A stretch of 64,000 nucleotides of DNA from the NCBI GenBank assembly GCA_905181595.1, contig CAJIYI010000001.1:79291-143290 (forward strand), in the 5' to 3' direction. Position 1 is the stretch's first letter. Each line of letters opens with the position of its first letter. The notes under the pieces are model-generated. The model made no database searches and had not been told where the DNA came from. It worked only from the letters and a program-made list of their open reading frames with translations. Below are positions 56,371-64,000 of this stretch, piece by piece. This DNA is from an uncultured SAR86 cluster bacterium. Its GTDB lineage: Bacteria > Pseudomonadota > Gammaproteobacteria > Magnimaribacterales > D2472. Made by a program: the position numbers and the translations under genes.

Positions 56371-56928
56371 TTACACGAATGATTTAGGCTCTCTCGAAAG
56401 TATTTCTTCAATCATTGGTAAAAAATAATCTAGAGATTGTGTTTCATAATTTGGATCAAATGATTCCTGATCCCATTTTGAGCAAAAATCTATGCAGTCC
56501 TGATAGTAAGGATGGTCAATATATTTTTCCCTTAAATTTCTATCTTTTTCATAATGATGCATCCAGTAATAACCTTGAAATAATCCATGATTAAGAATTA
56601 TCCAGTAATTTTTCTCACCTATGTATGGTCTTAAAACTGCTGCAGAAGCTTGAGAGTGATTGGATGGAGATATAGCATCACCTATATCGTGAAGTAGAGC
56701 ACAAACTATTGTTTCAGTATCTGCTCCATCCTTCTCTGCTCTTGTTGCAGTTTGAAGGCAATGTTCAAGCCTGCTAATTTGATATGGAGATTCGCCATCC
56801 ATCGTTTGAAGCCATTGAATTACTCTTTTAAATACACTTCTTTCGTTCTTTGAATCATGAATTGTTATGAGATCATAGTCTTCCTTAGTTCCTTCACCCA
56901 TTGATGTAAATCCAACTTTTTTATGCAA
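56371..56928 (-). CDS. HD-domain protein of the PhnZ/TmpB/MIOX-like di-iron oxygenase type
   Basis: 185-aa ORF with the ordered ligand pattern LEHCLQ ... ALLHDIGD ... SNHSQ ... ILNHG ... KWDQE (H, HD, H, H, D) and no nucleotide-phosphohydrolase context. The family assignment needs an HMM check. Confidence 0.6.
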   Translation of the reverse strand: MHKKVGFTSMGEGTKEDYDLITIHDSKNERSVFKRVIQWLQTMDGESPYQISRLEHCLQTATRAEKDGADTETIVCALLHDIGDAISPSNHSQASAAVLRPYIGEKNYWIILNHGLFQGYYWMHHYEKDRNLREKYIDHPYYQDCIDFCSKWDQESFDPNYETQSLDYFLPMIEEILSREPKSFV

Positions 56929-56933
56929 CTTAA

Positions 56934-57515
56934 CTATCCCCTTAAACTTTTATTTTTATAAAGAATAAAATTATTTACCACATTATCCATTTCATAATAT
57001 GCATCCTGGAGATGACGTTTGCCATTTGAATTAAATTCATTCCTGCCATGAAGAATTCGATGAGAAGAAACCAAAAGAATATGTCCCGCTTCAAGTCGAA
57101 ATTTTGATTCATAGTTTTGGCTATTAATTCTTTTACATAGTTCATGGTAAGCCTCATAAAATAATTCAACATTTTTCTTTTGCGGATCGACCATTTGCAT
57201 TAATTGATTTGAGTATCTGAATCCAGCAATTTCGTTGTTCGTATTTAATCTAATAATTGGTTCATTTGTATACGTCTCATTTTCTTCATCAAATTCTCTA
57301 AATGGAACTGAAAAAGTGCTCAAAATATTAAAAAAGTTAGGGAAATCGTTTCTTAAATCCCTAGCCACTGCATACCCATCAACAATAATGGTTTCTCCTC
57401 CCTCGGATTCATTTGCTAGCATATGAAGAGCCTGCACCTTGCAGCCGTTAGCAACTGATATTGATAAGTTAAGAGCAACTACAGCACCAAGAATAAAACC
57501 AATTATTTTTTTCAT
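56934..57515 (-). CDS. C-terminal half of a TauD/gamma-butyrobetaine-hydroxylase-family dioxygenase fused to a signal/lipobox-like leader (probable gene remnant)
   Basis: In this 193-aa ORF, residues 25-193 (CKVQALHML..EGGETIIVDG...FRLEAGHILLVSSHRILHGR...RHLQDAYY) are colinear with the C-terminal half of BBOX/TMLH-type enzymes. The N-terminal half, including the HxD iron ligands, is missing and replaced by MKKIIGFILGAVVALNLSISVANG. Confidence 0.6.
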   Translation of the reverse strand: MKKIIGFILGAVVALNLSISVANGCKVQALHMLANESEGGETIIVDGYAVARDLRNDFPNFFNILSTFSVPFREFDEENETYTNEPIIRLNTNNEIAGFRYSNQLMQMVDPQKKNVELFYEAYHELCKRINSQNYESKFRLEAGHILLVSSHRILHGRNEFNSNGKRHLQDAYYEMDNVVNNFILYKNKSLRG

Positions 57516-57722
57516 TATTATTCCTCTGTTAGTAATTTAATTAAATTATTTGCATTTAAATTGAATTTTGAAAGGATGTAAAACAAATTGTTATTGTTTT
57601 GCAATCACAAGTTGTAGAAAATTATAAGCTTTAAAGAAGAAAATAATTCTAGAAAACCTTTTGATTTAGTCTAATAGTTAGGAATAAAATTATAACACTA
57701 CATACATAAAGAGAGAATATTT

Positions 57723-57995
57723 ATGAGCTCAGAAAATAGAACTTCAGTACCTAATTCATTAAATGAACATTGGATGCCGTTTACATCTAATAAAGATTTT
57801 AAAGCAAACCCTAGATTAATCACAGAAGCTAAAGGGGTTTACTTAAAAACTCACCATGGGAAAACACAAATAGATGCGAGTTCAGGTTTATTTTGTAATC
57901 CACTAGGTCATGGAAGCTCAAACCCTGATTCTGTTTTATCTATAACTTTGAGCGATGACTCATTAAGTTTAAAATTCATTTTTCACACCCTATAA
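57723..57995 (+). pseudogene. 5' stub of a class-III omega-aminotransferase (beta-alanine/pyruvate transaminase-like)
   Basis: The first 64 codons (…EHWMPFTSNKDFKANPRLITEAKGVYLKTHHGKTQIDASSGLFCNPLGHG) match the N-terminus of ~450-aa omega-transaminases. Similarity stops at about 57914, and the ORF ends after 26 unrelated codons. Confidence 0.7.
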
Positions 57996-58100
57996 TTAGG
58001 TGTCCCTTTTAGCAGCTTCTAGCGCGCAATCAGGACCAAATCAACTTTCTATCTCAGGTAATGCTATTCCTATGTTTAAAAAATTACAATGGTTAGTCTT

Positions 58101-59351
58101 TTAGTGAATTGAGAATTTTTTTCTAAGACTAGCTATTCCGCTTGATAGCTGAACTTTTTTAGTTTTAAAAAATAATTCATGGTTCTGCTCTAATACCTCA
58201 AGGTCATATAAATAGTTAACCATGATGCCTTTTGATTGCTCAATGCCTTTTACGGATAAATCAGCATTTAAATTCACTCTTTCTATAATAGCGCCATTGC
58301 CTAAATGAAATTTAGCAACAGGATCGTTGGGAAATCCATCTGCTCTGTTGGAATCTATCAGATAAACCAATGCTTGCTTGAGAAGAATATCCTCTTGGAT
58401 ATTTTGATCGATAGAATTTTCTTTAAGCCAGTTTGTAAAACCAGGTGCAGGGGAAAGTGTTGCAAATCTATTGAGCCCCTCAATTTCCTGTTTTAATTGA
58501 TGTGCTACATTTTTAATTAAGAAATTACCAAATGAAATTCCTGAAAGACCTTCCTGACAATTTGAAATAGAGTAAAAAATTGCAGTATTAATATCTTGAT
58601 CCAAAGTAACACTTCTATCAATTTTAATGACCTCTTTAATGCTCTCTGGCATGTTGTTGCTTAGGGCTACTTCAACAAAAATCAATGGCTCATTAGGTAT
58701 GAGTGGATGAAAAAAAGCAAAGCATCTTCTGTCTTCTGGCTCTAACCTTGCCCTGAGATCATCCCAGGAATTAATCTCATGGACAGCCTCATAAGCAATG
58801 ATCTTTTCTAAGATATTCGCAGGAGTTGCCCAATCTATCTTTTGTAAAACTAAAAATGATGGATTAAACCAATGTTTAAACAAATCTAAAAGGCTGGCAT
58901 CAAAGAATGCCAAATTTGGATTATCTTTTTTAAGAGATCTAATTCTCTCTCTGAGTCGAACCAATCTGAGGGTGCCTTCGGATACAGTATTTAGTCTTTT
59001 GAACAGCTCGATCCACTTCGGCTTGGAGGCTTTAGAAATGATCTCTAAGTTTTTTTGAGTGTTATTTTGAGAATATTCTTTGGAGGCTTTTGACAAAGAA
59101 TCAGCGTCTATGTCATATTTTTCTTTTAGAACATTAAAGAAATCAATAAATTGCTCGTCATCAAGACCTTCTATTAAATGAGAGAGATGTTCTGCATACA
59201 CCAATGAAGACACTTCTCCACTTTTTGACATCACAGACTCTAATGCCTTATTGATATCCTCATGCAGAATTCCAAAATCTTTCGAACGAAAATAGCCACC
59301 CTGACGTGATCGGCTCATTATTGACGAAAGTAGATTCTGGAAAAAGTTCAT
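58101..59351 (-). CDS. malonyl-CoA decarboxylase
   Basis: 416-aa ORF with the C-terminal catalytic-domain block DPVAKFHLGNGA and a FATLSPAPGF block characteristic of the MCD family. Confidence 0.8.
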   Translation of the reverse strand: MNFFQNLLSSIMSRSRQGGYFRSKDFGILHEDINKALESVMSKSGEVSSLVYAEHLSHLIEGLDDEQFIDFFNVLKEKYDIDADSLSKASKEYSQNNTQKNLEIISKASKPKWIELFKRLNTVSEGTLRLVRLRERIRSLKKDNPNLAFFDASLLDLFKHWFNPSFLVLQKIDWATPANILEKIIAYEAVHEINSWDDLRARLEPEDRRCFAFFHPLIPNEPLIFVEVALSNNMPESIKEVIKIDRSVTLDQDINTAIFYSISNCQEGLSGISFGNFLIKNVAHQLKQEIEGLNRFATLSPAPGFTNWLKENSIDQNIQEDILLKQALVYLIDSNRADGFPNDPVAKFHLGNGAIIERVNLNADLSVKGIEQSKGIMVNYLYDLEVLEQNHELFFKTKKVQLSSGIASLRKKFSIH

Positions 59352-59559
59352 ATGCTGTTAGAAATTTATCATACTCTAGGGAATTAATATATTTGATAAT
59401 CAGCAAGTAATTCTAGCATGTAACTCTCTCAGTCCTACTGTTAAAATTTTTCAGTAATTACAAGACTAGTGCATGAAAATGATTTTTATGTAAGTATGAA
59501 GAAATGAAGAATTTATCAATACGTAATTTTTTCTAAATTTTTCAATGTGAGAGTTTATT

Positions 59560-61233
59560 TTGAAAACAGATATAGACATTGCTAGAGAAGCAGAGCCAAA
59601 AACAATTGATGTTATTGCTACTAAGTTAGGTATTAGCGATGAATATCTTGAGCGCTACGGTAAATTCAAGGGGAAGGTAGACCTTGCAATTAATCATGAG
59701 CAACTCAAGGATACCAAAAACGGCAAATTAATTTTAGTGACAGCAATATCTCCTACTCCGGCGGGTGAGGGTAAAACAACTACAAGTGTTGGTCTGGTTG
59801 ATGGTCTTTGCCATATTGGTAAAAAAGCAATGATTTGTCTAAGAGAGCCAAGCTTAGGACCATGTTTTGGTATGAAAGGTGGTGCGGCCGGAGGAGGATA
59901 TGCTCAGGTCATACCTATGACAGACATTAATTTACATTTTACTGGTGACTTTCATGCTATTGGAGCAGCTCATAATCTTCTCTCTGCTTTAATTGATAAT
60001 CATATTCATTGGGACAATCAGCTGAATATTGATCCTCGCAGAATCACTTGGAAGAGAGTGGTGGATATGAATGATAGATCTTTAAGAGATATTACATGTG
60101 GCCTTGGGGGAGTTGGCAATGGCATACCTAGGCAAAGTGGCTTCGATATAACAGTTGCTTCAGAGATTATGGCAGTGTTCTGCCTCGCATCAGATATGGA
60201 TGATCTAAAAACGAGAATAGGAAATATCGTTATAGGCTATACAAGATCTAATGAGCCTGTAAGAGCAAAACAATTAAAAGCTGACGGCGCAATCGCCGCA
60301 TTATTGAAAGATGCATTTCAACCAAACTTAGTTCAAACCCTTGAGAATAATCCTGCATTTATACATGGCGGACCTTTTGCTAATATTGCGCATGGCTGTA
60401 ATTCAGTTGTTTCAACCAAGACAGCATTAAAACTTGCTGATTATGTTGTTACGGAAGCTGGATTTGGAGCAGACCTAGGAGCTGAGAAATTTTTTGATAT
60501 TAAGTGCAGAAAATCAGGTCTAAAACCGGACGCTGTTGTCTTAGTTGCCACCACCAAGGCCTTAAAAATGCATGGCGGCATTAAAAAAGATGATCTTGGT
60601 TCAGAGAACGTAGATGCCGTAATCTTAGGCTGCAAGAATCTTGAAAGACACATTGAAAATATTGGAAAATTTGGAGTCCCAGTTATTGTTGCAATCAATG
60701 ACTATGTCAGTGATACAGAAAAAGAACATGCTGCAATTATTGATTATTGTCAAAATATTGGCGTTCAGTGCAAAATTTCTTCTCATTGGGAAAAGGGTGG
60801 CAAAGGCGCTGCGAATCTTGCAGAAGAGGTTGCTAAAATTGCCGATTCAAATTCTGCTGAATTTAAAACTTTATATGATAATAAAATGTCACTGTGGGAT
60901 AAAACTCAATATATAGCACAAAATATTTATGGTGCTGCAGACATAATTGCTGATAAAAAAATAAGAAATCAATTTCAGAAATTAGAAGACGATGGATTTG
61001 GTGAATATCCAATCTGCATGGCCAAGACTCAATACAGCTTTTCAACAGACCCATTATTAATGGGCGCTCCATCGGGGCACGATGTTCCAATCAAAGAAGT
61101 CCGCTTATCGGCAGGCGCAGAATTTGTTGTGGTTGTTTGCGGTGAAGTGATGACCATGCCGGGGTTACCTAGAATACCGGCTTCGGAGAATATAGACGTT
61201 GATGATAACGGACTGATTCAAGGATTATTTTAA
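59560..61233 (+). CDS. fhs: formate-tetrahydrofolate ligase
   Basis: 557-aa ORF with a TTG start. Family blocks present: [37 protein letters not shown] and [12 protein letters not shown]. Confidence 0.94.
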   Translation: MKTDIDIAREAEPKTIDVIATKLGISDEYLERYGKFKGKVDLAINHEQLKDTKNGKLILVTAISPTPAGEGKTTTSVGLVDGLCHIGKKAMICLREPSLGPCFGMKGGAAGGGYAQVIPMTDINLHFTGDFHAIGAAHNLLSALIDNHIHWDNQLNIDPRRITWKRVVDMNDRSLRDITCGLGGVGNGIPRQSGFDITVASEIMAVFCLASDMDDLKTRIGNIVIGYTRSNEPVRAKQLKADGAIAALLKDAFQPNLVQTLENNPAFIHGGPFANIAHGCNSVVSTKTALKLADYVVTEAGFGADLGAEKFFDIKCRKSGLKPDAVVLVATTKALKMHGGIKKDDLGSENVDAVILGCKNLERHIENIGKFGVPVIVAINDYVSDTEKEHAAIIDYCQNIGVQCKISSHWEKGGKGAANLAEEVAKIADSNSAEFKTLYDNKMSLWDKTQYIAQNIYGAADIIADKKIRNQFQKLEDDGFGEYPICMAKTQYSFSTDPLLMGAPSGHDVPIKEVRLSAGAEFVVVVCGEVMTMPGLPRIPASENIDVDDNGLIQGLF

Positions 61234-61245
61234 AAGGAGAAAAAA

Positions 61246-62442
61246 ATGAAAATACTATGTATCTTATACGACGACCCAAAAGACGGAATGCCTTCAAGTT
61301 ATCCACTCAAGGAACTTCCCAAGCTTGATAAATATCCCGATGGTATGACACTGCCAAGTCCCAAAGGAAGAGACTTTACACCAGGTGAATTGCTTGGTTG
61401 CGTTTCTGGTGAGCTGGGCTTAAGAAAGTTTTTAGAAGATGGAGGGCACACACTTGTGGTCACATCTGATAAGGATGCTGAAGGCTGTAAAGCAGACCAA
61501 GAGCTGGTTGATGCTGATATTGTAATTTCACAACCATTTTGGCCTTACTATTTAACAAGACAAAGAATGGAAAGTGCGCCAAATTTAAAAATGGCAATAA
61601 CCGCTGGTATTGGTTCTGATCATGTAGATCTTCAGGCTGCAATGGACCATAAAATTGATGTCGTTGAGGTGACCTATTGTAATTCTAGGTCAGTAGCAGA
61701 ACATATCGTGATGATGATTCTATCTATGGTGAGAGATTATCATAATCAACATAGGATAGTGAATGAAGGTGGTTGGCACATCGCCGATGCCGTTCAGAGA
61801 TCTTACGATGTAGAAGGCATGAACGTAGGAACAATTGCTGCCGGTCGCATTGGCTACGATGTATTGAGAAAAATGCATCCGTTTGATGTGCATCTTCATT
61901 ATTTTGATAAACATAGATTGGATTCAGCGAAAGAACAAGAACTGAATTTAACTTATCATGATTCAGTTGAATCTCTGGTTGCAGCTTGTGATGTCATAAA
62001 TATTAGTTGTCCCCTGCATCCTGAAACAGAGCATTTATTCAATGATGAGCTAATTAGTAAATGTAAGCCTGGCGCATACATTGTCAATACTGCCAGAGGT
62101 AAAATTTGCGATAAGGACGCTATTGTTAGGGCCTTAAAATCAGGGCAGTTAAGTGGATATGCAGGTGATGTGTGGTTCCCGCAACCAGCGCCTAATGATC
62201 ACGTTTGGAGAACAATGCCACATCACGGAATGACGCCACATACCTCAGGAACTTCTTTGTCGGCACAGACAAGATATGCTGATGGCGTTAGAGAAATATT
62301 GGAGTGTTTCTTCGATGGGGAAGAAATAAGAAATCAATATTTAATTGTCCAAGACGGAGATCTTGCAGGCATGGGTGCTCATTCTTACACCAAAGGCACA
62401 GCAACTGACGGTTCAGAGGAAGCGGCTAATTTTAAAAAGTAG
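61246..62442 (+). CDS. fdh: NAD-dependent formate dehydrogenase
   Basis: The 398-aa ORF is colinear with Pseudomonas sp. 101 FDH: ILCILYDDP, GELGLRKFLE, VISQPFWP, GIGSDHVDL, GTIAAGRIG, PLHPETEH and GDVWFPQPAP. AAGGAG lies 12 nt after the fhs stop. Confidence 0.94.
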   Translation: MKILCILYDDPKDGMPSSYPLKELPKLDKYPDGMTLPSPKGRDFTPGELLGCVSGELGLRKFLEDGGHTLVVTSDKDAEGCKADQELVDADIVISQPFWPYYLTRQRMESAPNLKMAITAGIGSDHVDLQAAMDHKIDVVEVTYCNSRSVAEHIVMMILSMVRDYHNQHRIVNEGGWHIADAVQRSYDVEGMNVGTIAAGRIGYDVLRKMHPFDVHLHYFDKHRLDSAKEQELNLTYHDSVESLVAACDVINISCPLHPETEHLFNDELISKCKPGAYIVNTARGKICDKDAIVRALKSGQLSGYAGDVWFPQPAPNDHVWRTMPHHGMTPHTSGTSLSAQTRYADGVREILECFFDGEEIRNQYLIVQDGDLAGMGAHSYTKGTATDGSEEAANFKK

Positions 62443-62449
62443 ATAAGAG

Positions 62450-62923
62450 ATGAAAAATAATATTATCTCTGCTTTTGGAGGATTTCTTTGCATTTCTGCA
62501 TTGGCATACCTGAATTCTTTTGATGTAAGCAATTTATGGTTAATTCCGCCGTTTGGCGCAAGCATGGTTTTAGTTATGTCGGTCCATGAAAGTCCTTTAG
62601 CTCATCCAAGAAATATTTTATTTGGTCATATGCTATCAGCCTTATCAGGAGTCTTTGTTTTTTCAATGCTAGGTTTTTCCTCTCTCAGTGTAGGACTAGC
62701 AGTTGGCTTAGCAATCTTTTTAATGATGGCCACCAAGACAGTTCATCCGCCGGCTGGTGCGAATCCTATTATTGCTGTTCTTGGCGCAAAAGGGATAAGT
62801 TTCGTTTTAATGCCAGTAGCAGTAGGTGCATCTTTTATAGTTCTATTTGCAATTATTTATAATAAATTATTAAAGAGGAAATATTTTACTTTTAAAGATT
62901 GGAGACAGCTAATTCGTTACTAA
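62450..62923 (+). CDS. HPP family integral membrane protein
   Basis: 157-aa ORF with four hydrophobic segments and the name-giving motif TVHPPAGANP. It starts 7 nt after the fdh stop. Confidence 0.8.
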   Translation: MKNNIISAFGGFLCISALAYLNSFDVSNLWLIPPFGASMVLVMSVHESPLAHPRNILFGHMLSALSGVFVFSMLGFSSLSVGLAVGLAIFLMMATKTVHPPAGANPIIAVLGAKGISFVLMPVAVGASFIVLFAIIYNKLLKRKYFTFKDWRQLIRY

Positions 62924-62945
62924 ATATTATGTTGTAACCAAAAAA

Positions 62946-62968
62946 ATCAAAGATTTAACCTCTTTGAT
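62946..62968. terminator. stem-loop after the fhs-fdh-HPP unit (weak, possibly bidirectional terminator)
   Basis: atcaaaga-tttaacc-tctttgat forms a perfect 8-bp stem. It is preceded by an A7 run (a T run on the minus strand) and followed by only a weak T-rich tail on the plus strand. Confidence 0.3.
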
Positions 62969-63039
62969 ATTCTGTTCGTATATCATTACAAAAAACAAAG
63001 CAGAGTAACTGCCTAACCTTAAAAACATCGTTTCTTTTA

Positions 63040-63905
63040 ATGAGCAAAGATATTAATACAAATTTTAAAGACTTTACTTCAGGTTATTCTATTGAAGTTA
63101 TCCCAAGGTCTGCTGCAAAGATTGAATCTTTTTCAGATCTTTTGCCTAAAAGTACTAGAGTCTATATAGCCCATATAGAAACGAGAAGATATTACAGCAA
63201 TGGTTGCTACTGCTAAAAGACTGAAGGAGCGAAGGTTTTAGCGTAATGCCTCATATCCCGGCCAGACTGATTCAAAATCAGGCCATGTTAAATGATTGGA
63301 TTTCTATGTATCAAAACGAGGCTGGAGTAGATGAAGCACTTTTATTGGCTGGGGGTTTAAAAAAACCAGTGGGAGACTTTGATTCTTCTATCCAATTGAT
63401 TGAATCAGGCCTATTTGATAAAGCTGGTTTTAAAAGACTCCATGTAGCTGGACATCCAGAGGGTAGCAAGGATATAGATCCTGGTGGAGGAATTAAAAAT
63501 GTTAATAAAGCTCTATCCTGGAAGCAAGAATTTTCTAAAAGAACTGATGCTTCTATGGCAATAGCTACTCAGTTTTGTTTTGACGCCGATGTTGTTAAAA
63601 AATGGGCAGACAACATCAAAGAGAATGGAGTCGATATCCCCATTCATATTGGCATAGCTGGGCCAGCAAAACTTCAAACGCTATTAAAGTTTTCGGTTGA
63701 GTGTGGCATAGGCGCATCCATGAAAGTTCTCACTAAAAGAGCAAAAGATCTAACAACACTATTATTGCCATACAAACCAACACAAATTCTAAATGAATTG
63801 GCTGAGTATAAATCTAAGGACCTCGAATCAAATATTGAGCAAGTCCATTTTTTTCCAATTGGAGGCATCAAACAAACCGTTGATTGGATAGAAGGCTGTC
63901 AATAG
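63040..63905 (+). pseudogene. metF: methylenetetrahydrofolate reductase (MetF-like), frame broken twice (near 63184 and 63230)
   Basis: The N-terminus MSKDINTNFKDFTSGYSIEVIPRSAAKIESFSDLLPKSTRVYIAHIE runs in frame 0 from 63040. EDITAMVATAKRLKE follows in frame +1. EGFSVMPHIPARLIQ... to the end (track ORF 63246..63905) runs in frame +2. The span is 866 nt, which is 3n+2. Confidence 0.8.
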
Positions 63906-64000
63906 AAATCATCCGATTTCGTCGAGCAAATACATTTTTAGATCTCTGTTATGCAAAATTATGTGCAAAATAAAAATATTTCCAGAGGAATAAAAAGGTG

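Noticed and set aside
57996-58100. A possible C-terminal remnant of the truncated aminotransferase. One frame reads ...SGPNQLSISGNAIPMFKKL, vaguely like the G-D-x-I/L-x-x-S-P-P-L block of omega-transaminases.
   Set aside because: The similarity is too weak and short to distinguish from chance without a profile search.
59352-59559. A ZTP (pfl) or THF riboswitch upstream of fhs, since those elements often control fhs/purH/folD.
   Set aside because: The 208-bp spacer is very AT-rich and lacks the GC-rich conserved cores, for example the CCGCCTGGGC-type pseudoknot strand of ZTP. I could not build a convincing conserved stem architecture.
54811-63905. tRNA-linked genomic island downstream of the tRNA-Ile2 gene.
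   Set aside because: I see no integrase, no mobility genes and no second copy of the tRNA 3' end by eye in this window. The region is accessory-like in content only, so I do not call it a mobile element.
63951-64000. A possible gene start at the window edge (ATG at 63951, MQNYVQNKNISRGIKR...).
   Set aside because: Only 16 codons are visible and there is no recognisable motif, so this is not enough to support a feature.

Overview
This is an AT-rich (roughly one-third G+C by eye), tightly packed chromosomal segment. Gene content and local gene order look gammaproteobacterial, sharing blocks with Pseudomonas/Oceanospirillales-type genomes. Short intergenic gaps, many 1-14 nt start/stop overlaps and shortened proteins (126-aa FolK, 338-aa CCA enzyme) suggest a streamlined, probably marine, free-living organism; that taxonomic guess is inference only. 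I can support about 70 protein-coding loci, one tRNA (CAU anticodon, Ile2-like), a few terminators and one well-formed sigma-54/NtrC control region. I see no rRNA, CRISPR array, transposase, integrase, phage, toxin-antitoxin or recognisable defence genes. Bases 1-54800 are core housekeeping: grx, GSII-ntrBC, yqiBA, ubiCA, rubredoxin, H+/Na+-PPase, recG, yicC-gmk-rpoZ-spoT-ridA-pyrB, rph-pyrE-ribE, rpsU/tsaD-folBK, cca-apaH-rsmA-pdxA-surA-lptD, amgK-murU-rpe, trpEGDC, coq7-purD-purH-fis, rsmE-gshB-tonB-ruvX-dnaG-rpoD. Bases 54800-64000, starting right after the tRNA, are the only accessory-looking part. They hold an aldehyde dehydrogenase, a PhnZ/TmpB-like HD-domain oxygenase beside a decapitated TauD/BBOX-family dioxygenase, an aminotransferase stub, malonyl-CoA decarboxylase, and a C1 module (fhs-fdh-HPP, then a broken metF-like gene). 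Items worth a second look: (1) five single-base surplus (+1) frame disruptions in four conserved genes (ubiA, pyrB, purD, metF twice), all in the same direction; (2) the orphaned HD oxygenase and truncated dioxygenase, which look like a decaying two-enzyme oxidative C-P cleavage cassette; (3) an exported amidohydrolase pair in which the second member has lost the HxH and Asp metal ligands; (4) a type II (eukaryote-like) glutamine synthetase in the glnA slot with a textbook sigma-54 promoter, and a 106-bp tandem duplication of the neighbouring gene's 3' end abutting the distal NtrC palindrome; (5) an HPP-family membrane protein coupled to NAD-formate dehydrogenase. I did not find a convincing, complete, novel multi-gene system in this window. 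The items above are hypotheses that need database searches and read-level checks I cannot run.
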